Below, piece after piece: positions 19,209 to 29,568 of a stretch of DNA of 41,381 bases (positions are counted from its first letter, which is position 1; each line of letters opens with the position of its first letter). The notes under the pieces are model-generated. The model was given only the letters and a program-made list of their open reading frames with translations, made no database searches and was not told where the DNA came from. The position numbers and the translations under genes are program-made. Source of the stretch: an uncultured bacterium (lineage in GTDB: Bacteria; Calditrichota; Calditrichia; RBG-13-44-9); contig CBDUVK010000001.1 of NCBI GenBank assembly GCA_965370645.1, positions 1-41,381 of the forward strand, in the 5' to 3' direction.

Positions 19209-19724
19209 TTGAGAATTTTAGGAATTGATCCGGGGTTGGGAACAACCGGGTACGGCATCATTGATGAGAATGACCAGGTCTTAGATGTCGTGACATTTGG
19301 TGGTATTGATAAATCTCCTAAAGCCAGTTTTACTGAAAATTTGCTCGCCATTTATCAGAACATCAATCGGATTATCACGGAATACCAACCTGATGGATGT
19401 GCAATAGAAAATATCTTCTATCATCAAAACAAGAAGACGGCTATCATCATGGGACACGTCCGGGGCGTGGCGATGGTTGCGGCAGCGGAGCGGGGGCTTC
19501 CGGTACATGAGTATTCTCCGAAAGAGGTAAAACTGTCTATTGTTGGTATGGGAGGTGCCTCAAAACTGCAGGTTCAGGCCATGGTTAAAATTCTTCTGAA
19601 GATGAATGAAATACCACAACCTGAGGATGCGGCCGATGCCCTGGCTGTAGCAATTTGTCATTATCACCGGCTGAAATTTAAAAAAATTTTATCCTCAAAA
19701 GCCGGTAAGCTTTCTTCAAGATGA
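19209..19724 (+). CDS. ruvC: Crossover junction endodeoxyribonuclease RuvC
   Basis: N-terminus M-RILGIDPG (TTG start) and C-terminal DAADALAVAICH, both typical RuvC motifs. Confidence 0.9.
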   Translation: MRILGIDPGLGTTGYGIIDENDQVLDVVTFGGIDKSPKASFTENLLAIYQNINRIITEYQPDGCAIENIFYHQNKKTAIIMGHVRGVAMVAAAERGLPVHEYSPKEVKLSIVGMGGASKLQVQAMVKILLKMNEIPQPEDAADALAVAICHYHRLKFKKILSSKAGKLSSR

Positions 19725-19836
19725 TGAATGATTAATATTATTTAATTATTACTAACGATAGTAAAATCGCAATCATATATTGCATGGGCTTTTTTTTGAT
19801 TTATATTTGAAGGCAATTATATATGACTGACGGTTT

Positions 19837-20436
19837 ATGATTGAACAAATTCGTGGCGTTCTGCTTAAAAAAATTCCGACTTTCTGCGTGGTAAACTGTC
19901 AGGGGATAGGGATAGGATTATTTATAAGCTTGAACACCTTCAGATATCTGGGCCAGCAATCAGAGGAAATTGAACTGCTGACGCATTTGCATGTCCGTGA
20001 AGATGCACTTCAGCTCTATGGATTTGCTGTGGAGGAGGAGAGGGATTTGTTTAGAAAATTAATCAATATTAGTGGAATTGGACCGCGACTGGCCATGACC
20101 ATGTTATCTGGCCTTCCGGTGGAAGAATTTAAAAGGGCACTGGCATCCGAAGATGTAGATCTTCTAACCAAAGTTCCCGGAGTCGGAAAAAAGACTGCCC
20201 AACGAGTAATATTGGAATTAAAAGAGAAAATTGATCTCTCCGGAGAAGTCGTTCTCACCGAACTTCCGGCATTGACAGCAACAGAGAGGGAGAAGATAGA
20301 AGAGGCTCTGCGAGCTCTGGTTACCTTAGGCTACAAACAATATCAGGCTAAAGCTTCACTGGAAAAGGTCATAAAAAAACATGGCAGGGAACTCTCTCTT
20401 GAAGATACGATTAAACTAGCGTTGCAGGAAATGTAA
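19837..20436 (+). CDS. ruvA: Holliday junction branch migration complex subunit RuvA
   Basis: MIEQIRG start, helix-hairpin-helix motifs (ISGIGPRLA, VPGVGKKTAQRV) and a C-terminal domain III. Confidence 0.9.
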   Translation: MIEQIRGVLLKKIPTFCVVNCQGIGIGLFISLNTFRYLGQQSEEIELLTHLHVREDALQLYGFAVEEERDLFRKLINISGIGPRLAMTMLSGLPVEEFKRALASEDVDLLTKVPGVGKKTAQRVILELKEKIDLSGEVVLTELPALTATEREKIEEALRALVTLGYKQYQAKASLEKVIKKHGRELSLEDTIKLALQEM

Positions 20437-20439
20437 TTG

Positions 20440-21462
20440 ATGAAAAGCGATGTAATAACTCCCCATGCCCTCTCTGATGAGCAGGAATTTGATATATCGC
20501 TGCGTCCCAAAGACTTGTCTGAGTTTGTGGGGCAGGAGAAAGTAAAGGAAAATCTATCAATCTTTATCGAGGCAGCGCGACAACGGGGAGAGGCGCTGGA
20601 TCATGTGTTATTGTATGGTCCACCGGGACTGGGCAAAACTACCCTGGCCTATATCATCGCAAATGAATTAGAGGTTGAAATAAGAACCACTTCCGGACCG
20701 GTTATGGATAAAGCCGGAGATCTGGCAGGTATTCTGACCAATCTCAAGGAAAAAGATGTTCTCTTCATTGATGAAATCCATCGCCTTAATAATATTGTTG
20801 AAGAATATCTTTATTCTGCAATGGAAGATTATAAGCTGGACATAATGATTGATAAGGGACCCAGCGCCAGATCGATTCAGATTCAATTACCACCATTTAC
20901 CCTGATTGGGGCAACTACCCGGGCCGGGCTGCTTACTTCGCCCATGCGGTCTCGATTTGGTGTGGTTGCAAGATTGGATTACTACCGCGCTGCTGATTTG
21001 AAAAGTATTGTACTTCGATCTGCAAGGCTTATGAAAATTCAGATTGATGATACGGGAGCAATTGAAATTGCCCGTCGGTCACGCGGAACACCCCGTATTG
21101 CTAACCGCCTGTTACGCCGCACCCGGGATTTTGCTCAGGTAAAAGCAGATGGGACAATCGATAAAAAAGTGGCTGATCAAAGTCTGGAGATGCTGGAGGT
21201 TGATGAAAAAGGTCTGGATGAGATGGACAAACGTATTCTCCAGACCATTATTAAAAAATATGATGGTGGACCGGTTGGTCTGAATACAATTGCAGTTGCC
21301 GTGGCAGAAGAAAGTGAAACCATTGAAGAGCTATATGAACCATTTCTCATTCAGGAGGGATTTCTAAAAAGAACTCCCAGAGGGAGAGTGGCCACGCAAC
21401 TGGCTTATGAACATTTTAACTACACAATGAAAAATTATGGAATCCAGGAAAAACTATTTTAA
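20440..21462 (+). CDS. ruvB: Holliday junction branch migration DNA helicase RuvB
   Basis: Walker [10 protein letters not shown], Walker B LFIDEIHR, sensor GATTRAG. The ATG at 20440 is preceded in frame by a TTG at 20437, directly after the ruvA TAA. Confidence 0.93.
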   Translation: MKSDVITPHALSDEQEFDISLRPKDLSEFVGQEKVKENLSIFIEAARQRGEALDHVLLYGPPGLGKTTLAYIIANELEVEIRTTSGPVMDKAGDLAGILTNLKEKDVLFIDEIHRLNNIVEEYLYSAMEDYKLDIMIDKGPSARSIQIQLPPFTLIGATTRAGLLTSPMRSRFGVVARLDYYRAADLKSIVLRSARLMKIQIDDTGAIEIARRSRGTPRIANRLLRRTRDFAQVKADGTIDKKVADQSLEMLEVDEKGLDEMDKRILQTIIKKYDGGPVGLNTIAVAVAEESETIEELYEPFLIQEGFLKRTPRGRVATQLAYEHFNYTMKNYGIQEKLF

Positions 21463-22510
21463 TACATTTGACGGATCGCGCTATAAATTAGACGATTTTT
21501 TATATGAATTGCCGCAGGAGTTGATCGCGCAGTATCCACTGGAGAAGCGGGATGCCTGCCGGCTGTTAACCCTGAACCGGGAGAACGGGGAGGTTCTACA
21601 TCAAAATTTTACCGATATCCTGCAATATCTTCAACCAGATGATTGTATGGTTCTCAATGATACCAGGGTTTTTCCCGCCCGCCTATATGGAACTAAAGAT
21701 CGCACCGGTGCCCAGGTCGAAGTATTCTTATTAAGAAATTTGGAAGGAAATCTTTGGGAAGTCATGGTTAAGCCAGCTCGAAAGGTCCGTATTGGTAATA
21801 AGATTATGTTCGGTGAAGATCTGAGCTGTGATGTGGTGGACAATACCCTCTCCGGCGGAAGAATAGTGGAATTCAGCTCAAATGGGGATATTTATCAAAT
21901 TTTAGAAAAAATTGGTCATATGCCTCTGCCCCCGTATATAAAAAGACTTCCCGAGAAAGTCGATCAGAAATTTTATCAGACGGTCTTTGCCCAAAAGCCA
22001 GGGGCAGTTGCCGCACCAACCGCAGGTTTACATTTTACAGAGAAGCTGCTAAACAAGATCCGGAAAAAAGGAGTTAAAATCATTACCGTCACCCTGCATA
22101 TCGGACTGGGAACTTTTCGTCCGGTTAAGGTGGACGATATCAGCCGACACCGTATGGATTCCGAGTACTATGAAGTGGATCTTGAGGCTGCCCGGAAAAT
22201 TAATGAAACTCGTCAGAAGGGGAATTCGGTGATTGCCGTGGGTACGACCCCCGTGCGCGTTCTGGAATCCCTGGCGGATCCTCATGGGTTTATCAGGCCA
22301 GCCAAAGGCTGGACGGATAAGTTCATCTTTCCCCCGTACGATTTTAAGGTAGTTGATAGAATGATCACCAATTTTCATCTTCCCGGATCAACGCTTCTTA
22401 TGATGGTATCTGCATTCGGCTCGCTGGAATTGACCAGAAAAGCCTATCAGGCGGCTATTTCACAGGAATACCGGTTTTTCAGCTACGGTGATGCCATGAT
22501 CATTCTTTAG
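21437..22510 (+). CDS. queA: S-adenosylmethionine:tRNA ribosyltransferase-isomerase
   Basis: [23 protein letters not shown] and [13 protein letters not shown] motifs. The only in-frame start is ATG at 21437, overlapping ruvB by 26 nt. Confidence 0.9.
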   Translation: MESRKNYFNTFDGSRYKLDDFLYELPQELIAQYPLEKRDACRLLTLNRENGEVLHQNFTDILQYLQPDDCMVLNDTRVFPARLYGTKDRTGAQVEVFLLRNLEGNLWEVMVKPARKVRIGNKIMFGEDLSCDVVDNTLSGGRIVEFSSNGDIYQILEKIGHMPLPPYIKRLPEKVDQKFYQTVFAQKPGAVAAPTAGLHFTEKLLNKIRKKGVKIITVTLHIGLGTFRPVKVDDISRHRMDSEYYEVDLEAARKINETRQKGNSVIAVGTTPVRVLESLADPHGFIRPAKGWTDKFIFPPYDFKVVDRMITNFHLPGSTLLMMVSAFGSLELTRKAYQAAISQEYRFFSYGDAMIIL

Positions 22511-22709
22511 GTTGATATTAATGGCAGGCGCCAAGGAAATTTTCTCCCTCATCCACAAACTATAACAGACAAAAACCCCTCTCTTCACCAAAAGTATCTT
22601 CGTCAGGATCAAGCCACTATTTACTTAAATCCTTGAACATAAATAAGTTAATTGAGTTTTCCCTGCTCAATTCTTCCTTCAAAAAAAATCAAAAAAATAA
22701 AGTTAATTC

Positions 22710-22759
22710 TTGCATTTTAATAATTTTGTTTTATATCTTATCGGTGGTTTAAAGTGGGG
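22710..22759 (+). promoter_or_regulatory. Putative mraZ/dcw promoter with MraZ-box-like direct repeats
   Basis: A-tract (22681-22700), TTGCAT (22710-22715), 16-nt spacer, TATATC (22732-22737). Then TGGTT (22745-22749) and TGGGG (22755-22759) at 10-bp phasing, with an inverted CCACC at 22766-22770. Pattern only. Confidence 0.4.
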
Positions 22760-22800
22760 CAAATTCCACCGAAGTCAATCAAGTAATTCACGTACCTATA

Positions 22801-23247
22801 ATGCAAGAATATTTTGGCCGCTATACTAATATACTAGATGCCAAGGGCAGAATCAACCTCCCTGCTCGTTTTCGGGATGTTACCTTGAAAGATGAAAGCG
22901 GGGAAATGATCTTTATTATGACCCGTGGAACCGAAGAAAACATTGCCGTATTCCCCATTAATGAGTGGCGCCGTAAAATCAATGAATTGGAAACAACGGT
23001 TACCGATGGAAAACAGCGGCGGATACTCATTCGAAGAATTAATTATTATGCATCATACCAAAAAGTTGATAAACAGGGTCGCATAAATATTCCGGCTGAA
23101 TTAATAGAATATGCCCATCTTGATAAAGAAGTGGTTGTTCTGGGTTTCGTAAAAAGATTTGAAATTTGGGATCCTACAAAACTTGATATTGATACGCAAA
23201 AAAACGAACTCCAGTATCAAGAGCTCTCAGGATTTTTTGACTTTTAA
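22801..23247 (+). CDS. mraZ: Transcriptional regulator MraZ
   Basis: Duplicated SpoVT/AbrB-like modules (KGRINLPARFRD and QGRINIPAELIE). 148 aa, first gene of the dcw cluster. Confidence 0.92.
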   Translation: MQEYFGRYTNILDAKGRINLPARFRDVTLKDESGEMIFIMTRGTEENIAVFPINEWRRKINELETTVTDGKQRRILIRRINYYASYQKVDKQGRINIPAELIEYAHLDKEVVVLGFVKRFEIWDPTKLDIDTQKNELQYQELSGFFDF

Positions 23248-23264
23248 TAGAATATTCATACACT

Positions 23265-24212
23265 ATGCGACAGGTTTCTTACCACTCGCCGGTTTTAGCG
23301 GAAACCGCAGTGGATCATCTTATAACTGTAAGTGATGGAACGTACGTGGACTGTACGTTAGGGGGCGGGGGACATTCAGAGTTGATTTTGCAGAGATTGC
23401 AATCCAGGGGAAAACTGATTGCTATCGATGCGGATCCGGATGCTATTCAATTTGCTGGTGATCGATTAAAGAATTATACCAATCTGAAAATGGTGAGGGG
23501 CTTCTTCGATGAAATAGATGTATTACTCGTGGAGGAAAATTTGATACCGGTACACGGTTTTCTGTTTGATCTTGGTATCTCCTCATACCAGATAGATCAG
23601 AGGGATAAAGGATTTTCATTTCAATTGGAAGGACCACTGGATATGCGGTTTAATCCTGATCAAAAAATGACTGCAGAAAAGGTGATAAACTCTTACTCCC
23701 GCGGAGAGCTTGAAGAAATTTTCAGGAAATATGGTGAAGAAAGATTCAGTCGTGCAATTAGTAAACGAATTATTGAGGAGAGAAAGTCAGAAGTTATCCA
23801 AACCACGCGGCAACTGGTGGAAATTATCAAAAAGGTTGTTCCGGGACGTGTCCAGGTAAAATCTCTGGCAAGAATTTTTCAGGCCGTACGCATTGAAGTA
23901 AATCAAGAACTTGAACGTTTAAAATCCGGGTTGGAGCAAGCATTTAATTGTCTGGATAAATCGGGGAGACTGGTTGTCATCTCCTATCATTCCCTGGAAG
24001 ACAGGATTGTGAAAGAATTTTTTCGTTTTAAGGAAAAGGATTGTGTCTGTCCGCCGGATTTTCCAAAGTGCATCTGCCAAAAGGAGTCCGAGCTCCGGAT
24101 TTTAACAAAAAAACCACTGAAACCAGGATTATCAGAGATAAAGGAGAATTCACGAAGTCGCAGTGCCAAACTTCGGGTTGCTGAAAAGATAGTAGGTTAT
24201 ACAGTTAAATGA
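23265..24212 (+). CDS. rsmH: 16S rRNA (cytosine1402-N4)-methyltransferase
   Basis: DCTLGGGGHSE SAM-binding motif, DLGISSYQ, SYHSLEDRIVK. Confidence 0.93.
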   Translation: MRQVSYHSPVLAETAVDHLITVSDGTYVDCTLGGGGHSELILQRLQSRGKLIAIDADPDAIQFAGDRLKNYTNLKMVRGFFDEIDVLLVEENLIPVHGFLFDLGISSYQIDQRDKGFSFQLEGPLDMRFNPDQKMTAEKVINSYSRGELEEIFRKYGEERFSRAISKRIIEERKSEVIQTTRQLVEIIKKVVPGRVQVKSLARIFQAVRIEVNQELERLKSGLEQAFNCLDKSGRLVVISYHSLEDRIVKEFFRFKEKDCVCPPDFPKCICQKESELRILTKKPLKPGLSEIKENSRSRSAKLRVAEKIVGYTVK

Positions 24213-24574
24213 AGAAAAAATCAAAAAAGAAAACGATCGTCTACCGGGTGAAATATGGCGTAGCCCATGCTGCGTATCATTTTCTCTCTGCATTTGGGTT
24301 ATTTTTAACCATCCTGCTGCTCACTTTCTTCTTTATTCTTTACCAGTGGAAGAATGTTAAAATCCGCACCCATCTGGAATCGATTGATCAATGTAAACAA
24401 GAGGTATTAAGCCTGAATGCTGAGGTCATTAGATTGGAAATGATCCGAAATGAATTGATCTCTCAGGTGCCGGCGATCGCCGAGAAAAAATTAGGAATGT
24501 TTATTCCAACAGAAGCGCCAAAGAAACTTCCTGTCAATAGAAGGAAACTTGCGAAATATGTCCAAGAAAACTAA
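24209..24574 (+). CDS. ftsL: Cell division protein FtsL-like (single-pass membrane, coiled coil)
   Basis: 121 aa with a basic N-terminus, one TM helix (FLSAFGLFLTILLLTFFFIL) and a coiled-coil-like segment. It sits between rsmH and ftsI, and its ATGA start overlaps the rsmH stop. Confidence 0.7.
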   Translation: MKKKSKKKTIVYRVKYGVAHAAYHFLSAFGLFLTILLLTFFFILYQWKNVKIRTHLESIDQCKQEVLSLNAEVIRLEMIRNELISQVPAIAEKKLGMFIPTEAPKKLPVNRRKLAKYVQEN

Positions 24575-26687
24575 GTATCAACATAATTATCCTTTTCCAC
24601 AGCCACAGATTTCCCGGAAAGTGAATTTTCGGCTGATTTTCATATTCATCTGTGTGTTTGTGAGCTTCGGTGCAATAACTGCAAAACTTGTAAAAGTGCA
24701 AATAATCGAGCATGAAAAATATGCTGAAATGTGCCGAAAAAATGCAGAGAATTGGCATGAGATCGCTGCCCGCCGGGGGACTATTCTGGACCGCAGAGAT
24801 CGGGTTCTTGCCAAAGACATACTGCAGTATTCCGTAGCACTGTCAGCCAACAGGTTGCAAAATAAAGAGAAAGTAAAAAGTGCCCTGAAACGTCATTTAA
24901 ATCTTTCATCTGCCTACATAGAGAGCAAGATCAAAAAAAATTCCAGATACACCTTTTTGGCACACAGAATCCCGGCCAATAAAGTCGGAGCCCTGAAACA
25001 ACTGAAAGATCCGGGATTGATACTGGAAGAACGCTTTCTGCGTGTTTATCCTTATCGGTTTAATGCTGCCCATGTTCTTGGATTTTGTGATTTGGATAAT
25101 AATGCCCTTGGCGGTATTGAATATCAGTATAATAACTATTTACAGGGTAAATCCGGTTGGAAAATATATGAGAAAGATGCCTTTGGGTTCCAATTACCCG
25201 ATCTGGATTTTCCCGGTGAAGAACCGATTGACGGAATGGATGTGAAGCTTTCCCTTGATATTGATTTTCAGATTATAGTGGACGACGAAATTAAAAAGGC
25301 TGTCAAGTCCAGTAAAGCAGTGGATGGGATTGCGATTTTAATGGACCCAAACAGTGGTGACATTCTTGCTCTCTCAAATTACCCTACTTTTGACCCTGCA
25401 AAACCCAATCGCTATCGGTCAAATGCGCTAAAAAACAGGGCAGTAACGGATATATTTGAACCGGGATCCACCTTTAAAATTGTAACCTTAGCTGCTGCTC
25501 TCGAGATGCTTCACATCAAATTAGATCAGGACATCTTTTTCTGTGAGAATGGGAAATACCGTCTGTATGGTCATCAATTCACAGATTATAAACAATATGG
25601 GTGGCTTACGGCCAGACGGGTGTTTGAACATTCCAGCAATATCGGGGTGGTTAAGATTGCTGAAAAACTAAAAAAAGAAGTGTTATTCAACTATGCCCGA
25701 AATTTTGGTTTTGGAATTAAATCCGGTATCGATCTTCCCGGAGAAAGTGTGGGAATATTAAACCCCCTTAAACGATTTTCAAAAGCCAGCCATCTTTTCA
25801 TGAGTTTTGGATATGAGGTAGGCGTTACCCCGCTTCAACTTGTCTCAGCCTACGGCGTTTTGGCTAATGGCGGTAAACTTATGAAACCTAAGGTGATGCT
25901 GGCCATTCAGGAGAAGGATAAGCGAGTTGTTAAGAAAAATCATACTGAAATTATTCGACGTGTGATTTCCCGGGACGCCTCAGATCTGATGACCAGTGTT
26001 CTTTTGGGTGCGGTAAAAAATGGGACTGGCAAAGAAGCCTACTATGAAAATCTTGAAGTTGCCGGAAAAACCGGGACCGCCCAGCTATATGATATAGAGA
26101 AAGGAACCTATGATTCCCGTAAACATCTGGCATCCTTTGTGGGATATTTCCCAGCCTATGCACCGCGTTATGTACTCCTGGTGATGATCCGGCAACCTCA
26201 GGGAAAATATTATGGAGGTCAGGTGGCAGCACCGGTTTTTAAAAATATTGCGCAGCGAATTATGAGCTTACAACCGATGGATCAAGTGGTATTGGCTCAA
26301 TTGATACAAAATCGTAAAAATCAAACTTCACCTGTTCTCACCAATGTGATCGGACTGGAACGGGAGATGGCAGTGGACATATTAGAAGATGCCGGATTTA
26401 AGGTAAAGGTATCCGGTAAGGGTAAATTTGTGAGCCGGCAACAGAAAATTTTAGAAGATGGAAATCTGATTGGGGTAAAATTATTCATGGCGGATATCAC
26501 TCCGAAGCAGGTGACGGTGATGCCCGCATTAACCGGAATGTCATTAAAGGAAGCTCTCAGTCTGTTATCGGATTTTGACATAACACCGGTTATAGTTGGT
26601 CATGGAGTTGTGATTAGTCAGCAACCCAAAGCAGGAAGTAAAATTTTTGATAAAAAGCCTGTAAAACTTAAATGCCAACCATCATGA
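24558..26687 (+). CDS. ftsI: Peptidoglycan D,D-transpeptidase FtsI (class B PBP) with C-terminal PASTA domains
   Basis: N-terminal TM anchor, transpeptidase motifs GSTFK (SxxK), SSN and KTGT, plus a C-terminal PASTA-like pair. The ATG at 24558 is preferred over the upstream TTG at 24549. Confidence 0.9.
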   Translation: MSKKTKYQHNYPFPQPQISRKVNFRLIFIFICVFVSFGAITAKLVKVQIIEHEKYAEMCRKNAENWHEIAARRGTILDRRDRVLAKDILQYSVALSANRLQNKEKVKSALKRHLNLSSAYIESKIKKNSRYTFLAHRIPANKVGALKQLKDPGLILEERFLRVYPYRFNAAHVLGFCDLDNNALGGIEYQYNNYLQGKSGWKIYEKDAFGFQLPDLDFPGEEPIDGMDVKLSLDIDFQIIVDDEIKKAVKSSKAVDGIAILMDPNSGDILALSNYPTFDPAKPNRYRSNALKNRAVTDIFEPGSTFKIVTLAAALEMLHIKLDQDIFFCENGKYRLYGHQFTDYKQYGWLTARRVFEHSSNIGVVKIAEKLKKEVLFNYARNFGFGIKSGIDLPGESVGILNPLKRFSKASHLFMSFGYEVGVTPLQLVSAYGVLANGGKLMKPKVMLAIQEKDKRVVKKNHTEIIRRVISRDASDLMTSVLLGAVKNGTGKEAYYENLEVAGKTGTAQLYDIEKGTYDSRKHLASFVGYFPAYAPRYVLLVMIRQPQGKYYGGQVAAPVFKNIAQRIMSLQPMDQVVLAQLIQNRKNQTSPVLTNVIGLEREMAVDILEDAGFKVKVSGKGKFVSRQQKILEDGNLIGVKLFMADITPKQVTVMPALTGMSLKEALSLLSDFDITPVIVGHGVVISQQPKAGSKIFDKKPVKLKCQPS

Positions 26688-28156
26688 TGAAATTGGATGA
26701 ATTACTGAAAAATATTGAGGTTGAAAAGGTCAAAGGTATATCCGACTGTTTCGTATCAGATCTCCAATACGATTCCCGCCAGGTTGAAAAGGATAATGCA
26801 TTTGTCGCTGTCAAGGGTTATGAGAGAGACGGACATGATTTCGTTTTACAGGCCCAGCAACAGGGAGCCCGGGTATTTTTCGTGGAAAAGGAACTCAATA
26901 TTCCCGATGTGACCCAGGTTATTGTGAAAAGTACCCGCAAACTCCTCCCGGAAATTTCCAGGAAATTTTTTTATTACCCCGATAAAAAACTGAAGGCGAT
27001 TGGAATCACAGGGACTAATGGTAAAACAACTACAGCTTACTTAATCTATGCGATATTAAAATTTGCTAAATGGAAACCAGGACTATTAACCACTGTGGAA
27101 TATTATGATGGATCTTCCTGGATCCCTGCCGAGCGGACAACTCCGGAATCTCTGGATATATTCCGGTTATTTCAAAGTATGGTTCGCTCCGGTCTCAAAA
27201 GTGTGGTTATGGAAGTTTCTTCCCACGCACTTTCTCTGAACCGGGTGGATGGTATTCAGTTCATGGCAAATGTGTTTACCAATCTGGGCCGGGATCATCT
27301 TGATTTTCACGGAACCCTGAATGATTATTTTTTAGCGAAGCGTAAACTGTTTGAAAATCTGAATGAGAATCAGCGGGTGATTCTGAATTTAGATGAACCT
27401 TTCAGCCAAAAAATCATAGATATGACTCAGGGAGAGGCATTTACCTATTCCATGAGAAAAACAGATGCTACCGTTAATTATCTGGAACATAGTGTAGACC
27501 AGAACGGTATGTCAATTTCTTTGCGCATACCCGCCGGCAAAATTTCCATTCATACCCCTCTGGTTGGAGAGTTCAATATTTACAATGTCATGGCTGCGGC
27601 AACAATCGCTGTGAGTCTTGGTTTACATGAAGATCATGTTGTCTCAGGGCTGGATAATAGCCCTCGTATCCCGGGGCGATGCGAGTATCTTGCGTCACCC
27701 AGTGGATTTTCAATTTACGTGGATTATGCGCACACGCCGGATGCTTTACAGAATATTCTGAGAGCAATTTTCGAAACCAAGCCACGGAAGTTAATCGTTG
27801 TCTTTGGGGCCGGTGGTGATCGTGACAAGGGTAAGCGGCCTCTTATGGGAAAGGCTGTAGAAAATTATGCTAACCGGATCATCCTGACAAATGATAATCC
27901 GCGTTCTGAAGAACCTGCCAACATCATCAATGATATAATGGCAGGGATTTCCGATAAAAAGAAGGTGTTAATTATTCAGGACCGCAGAGATGCCATTCAT
28001 GTTGCCCTGAGTATGGCAGAGGAGAAAGATGCCGTGGTCATCGCGGGAAAGGGTCATGAAAGCTATCAGGAAATCGCCGGGAAACGGTATTCCCTGGATG
28101 ATCGCTTGGAAATACAAAATTATTTCGAAAAGCAGAAGAGGGCCGTTAACAATTGA
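26672..28156 (+). CDS. murE: UDP-N-acetylmuramoyl-L-alanyl-D-glutamate--2,6-diaminopimelate ligase
   Basis: GITGTNGKTTT P-loop and a DNPRSE motif near the C-terminus (Mur ligase, MurE type). Alternative ATGs at 26684 and 26687 would shorten the overlap with ftsI. Confidence 0.9.
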   Translation: MPTIMMKLDELLKNIEVEKVKGISDCFVSDLQYDSRQVEKDNAFVAVKGYERDGHDFVLQAQQQGARVFFVEKELNIPDVTQVIVKSTRKLLPEISRKFFYYPDKKLKAIGITGTNGKTTTAYLIYAILKFAKWKPGLLTTVEYYDGSSWIPAERTTPESLDIFRLFQSMVRSGLKSVVMEVSSHALSLNRVDGIQFMANVFTNLGRDHLDFHGTLNDYFLAKRKLFENLNENQRVILNLDEPFSQKIIDMTQGEAFTYSMRKTDATVNYLEHSVDQNGMSISLRIPAGKISIHTPLVGEFNIYNVMAAATIAVSLGLHEDHVVSGLDNSPRIPGRCEYLASPSGFSIYVDYAHTPDALQNILRAIFETKPRKLIVVFGAGGDRDKGKRPLMGKAVENYANRIILTNDNPRSEEPANIINDIMAGISDKKKVLIIQDRRDAIHVALSMAEEKDAVVIAGKGHESYQEIAGKRYSLDDRLEIQNYFEKQKRAVNN

Positions 28157-28174
28157 CCTGACTATCCAGGTAAA

Positions 28175-29566
28175 ATGATGGAACAGATTAACATTAAATT
28201 TTTTTTACGGCAGTCTGCGGTAATTCAAAAGTTTTCAGAGTTACCGGATGATTATTATATGCCTGGTATTTCCATCGATACCCGGACTCTTCGCAAAGGC
28301 GAAACCTACATCGCATTGCGTGGAGATCGTTTTGACGGCCATGAATTTATCCCTGACGCCATCCGGAAAGGTGCCTCCGCTGTTGTCTTTGATCAGGCCC
28401 ATTGTGGTGATCTGTTACCCGGAGAGGTGGTTGCATTTCAGGTGAGGGATACCCTGCAGTTTCTGATGGAATTTGCAGGATGGTATCGATCTAATTTTGA
28501 AATAACCGTTTTTGCGCTGACCGGTTCTACCGGTAAGACCACCACCAAAGAGATGTTAGCTGCTATTCTGAGTATGGAAAATGAAACCTTAAAGACTCAG
28601 AAAAATCAGAATAACTTTATAGGTGTATCACTGACGCTGCTTGCATTTCAGAAGACTACAGAAGTAGCCGTGATTGAACTCGGGACTAATCATCCTGGCG
28701 AAATATCCGCTCTGACCCAAATTGTGCAACCGACCCATGCTGCCATCACCAACATCGGTAGTGGTCATATCGGTTTTTTTGGATCGAAAGAAGCCATCTT
28801 CCAAGAAAAAACTGCACTATTTGATGGACTTCAAGAAGATAAAACAATCTATCTCAATATGGAAGATCCGTATTTATCCAGTTACACCAATAATAAACTT
28901 AAAATTCGAACTTATGGGTTGAGAAGCTCCTCCAAATACCGGGCCTCCGAATCGGGAATGGATGATCGGGGCCACATTCGATTTAAAATCAATGATGGCC
29001 CCGAAATTCAACTTTCTATTCCCGGAAAACATCAGCTCATGAACGGAGTTCTGGCTGCGAGCGTTGCCCTGGATCTGGACGTTTCAATGTCGAATGTTAA
29101 GAGGGGATTAGAATCTGTAAATGCTCTGGATAAGAGAATGGAGCTTAGCGACCGGGATGGTATCACAATTGTAAATGATGCCTACAATTCCAATCCGGAA
29201 TCATTTAAAGCGGCGATCGATTTCGTGTGCGATCTTCCCCTCAGATCGGGTAATAAAAAAATATTGGTTCTCGGGGATATGCTGGAGTTGGGTGATCAAA
29301 GTGAGAATGAGCATCGGAAGATGGGTGAATATCTCCGGAACAAGAACATCGATGTAGTATTCTGCTATGGTTCGTTTTCAAACCTGATTCTTGAAGGACT
29401 TGACAATACCCATCCAGGTTCCACAATAAAAGAAATTTTCAATACTCATGAGAATTTGGCCAGGGCACTGACCGATCTGCTTCAGGAAGGTGATGTTCTT
29501 TTATTGAAAGGATCAAGAGGAATGCAACTGGAAAAAGTGCTAGAATATTTAGATAGGAAAGGTTAA
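28175..29566 (+). CDS. murF: UDP-N-acetylmuramoyl-tripeptide--D-alanyl-D-alanine ligase
   Basis: LTGSTGKTTTKE P-loop, NDAYNSNP motif, and position between murE and mraY. Confidence 0.9.
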   Translation: MMEQINIKFFLRQSAVIQKFSELPDDYYMPGISIDTRTLRKGETYIALRGDRFDGHEFIPDAIRKGASAVVFDQAHCGDLLPGEVVAFQVRDTLQFLMEFAGWYRSNFEITVFALTGSTGKTTTKEMLAAILSMENETLKTQKNQNNFIGVSLTLLAFQKTTEVAVIELGTNHPGEISALTQIVQPTHAAITNIGSGHIGFFGSKEAIFQEKTALFDGLQEDKTIYLNMEDPYLSSYTNNKLKIRTYGLRSSSKYRASESGMDDRGHIRFKINDGPEIQLSIPGKHQLMNGVLAASVALDLDVSMSNVKRGLESVNALDKRMELSDRDGITIVNDAYNSNPESFKAAIDFVCDLPLRSGNKKILVLGDMLELGDQSENEHRKMGEYLRNKNIDVVFCYGSFSNLILEGLDNTHPGSTIKEIFNTHENLARALTDLLQEGDVLLLKGSRGMQLEKVLEYLDRKG

Positions 29567-29568
29567 TC

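Noticed and set aside
19725-19836. Weak hairpin GCAAT-CATAT-ATTGC followed by a T-run between ruvC and ruvA
   Set aside because: The stem is only 5 bp and the T-run starts 6 nt away. It is not convincing as a terminator or attenuator.
22797-22802. TATAAT hexamer overlapping the mraZ start codon (possible leaderless promoter)
   Set aside because: No acceptable -35 lies 16-18 nt upstream. Initiation from this -10 would start transcription inside the coding sequence.
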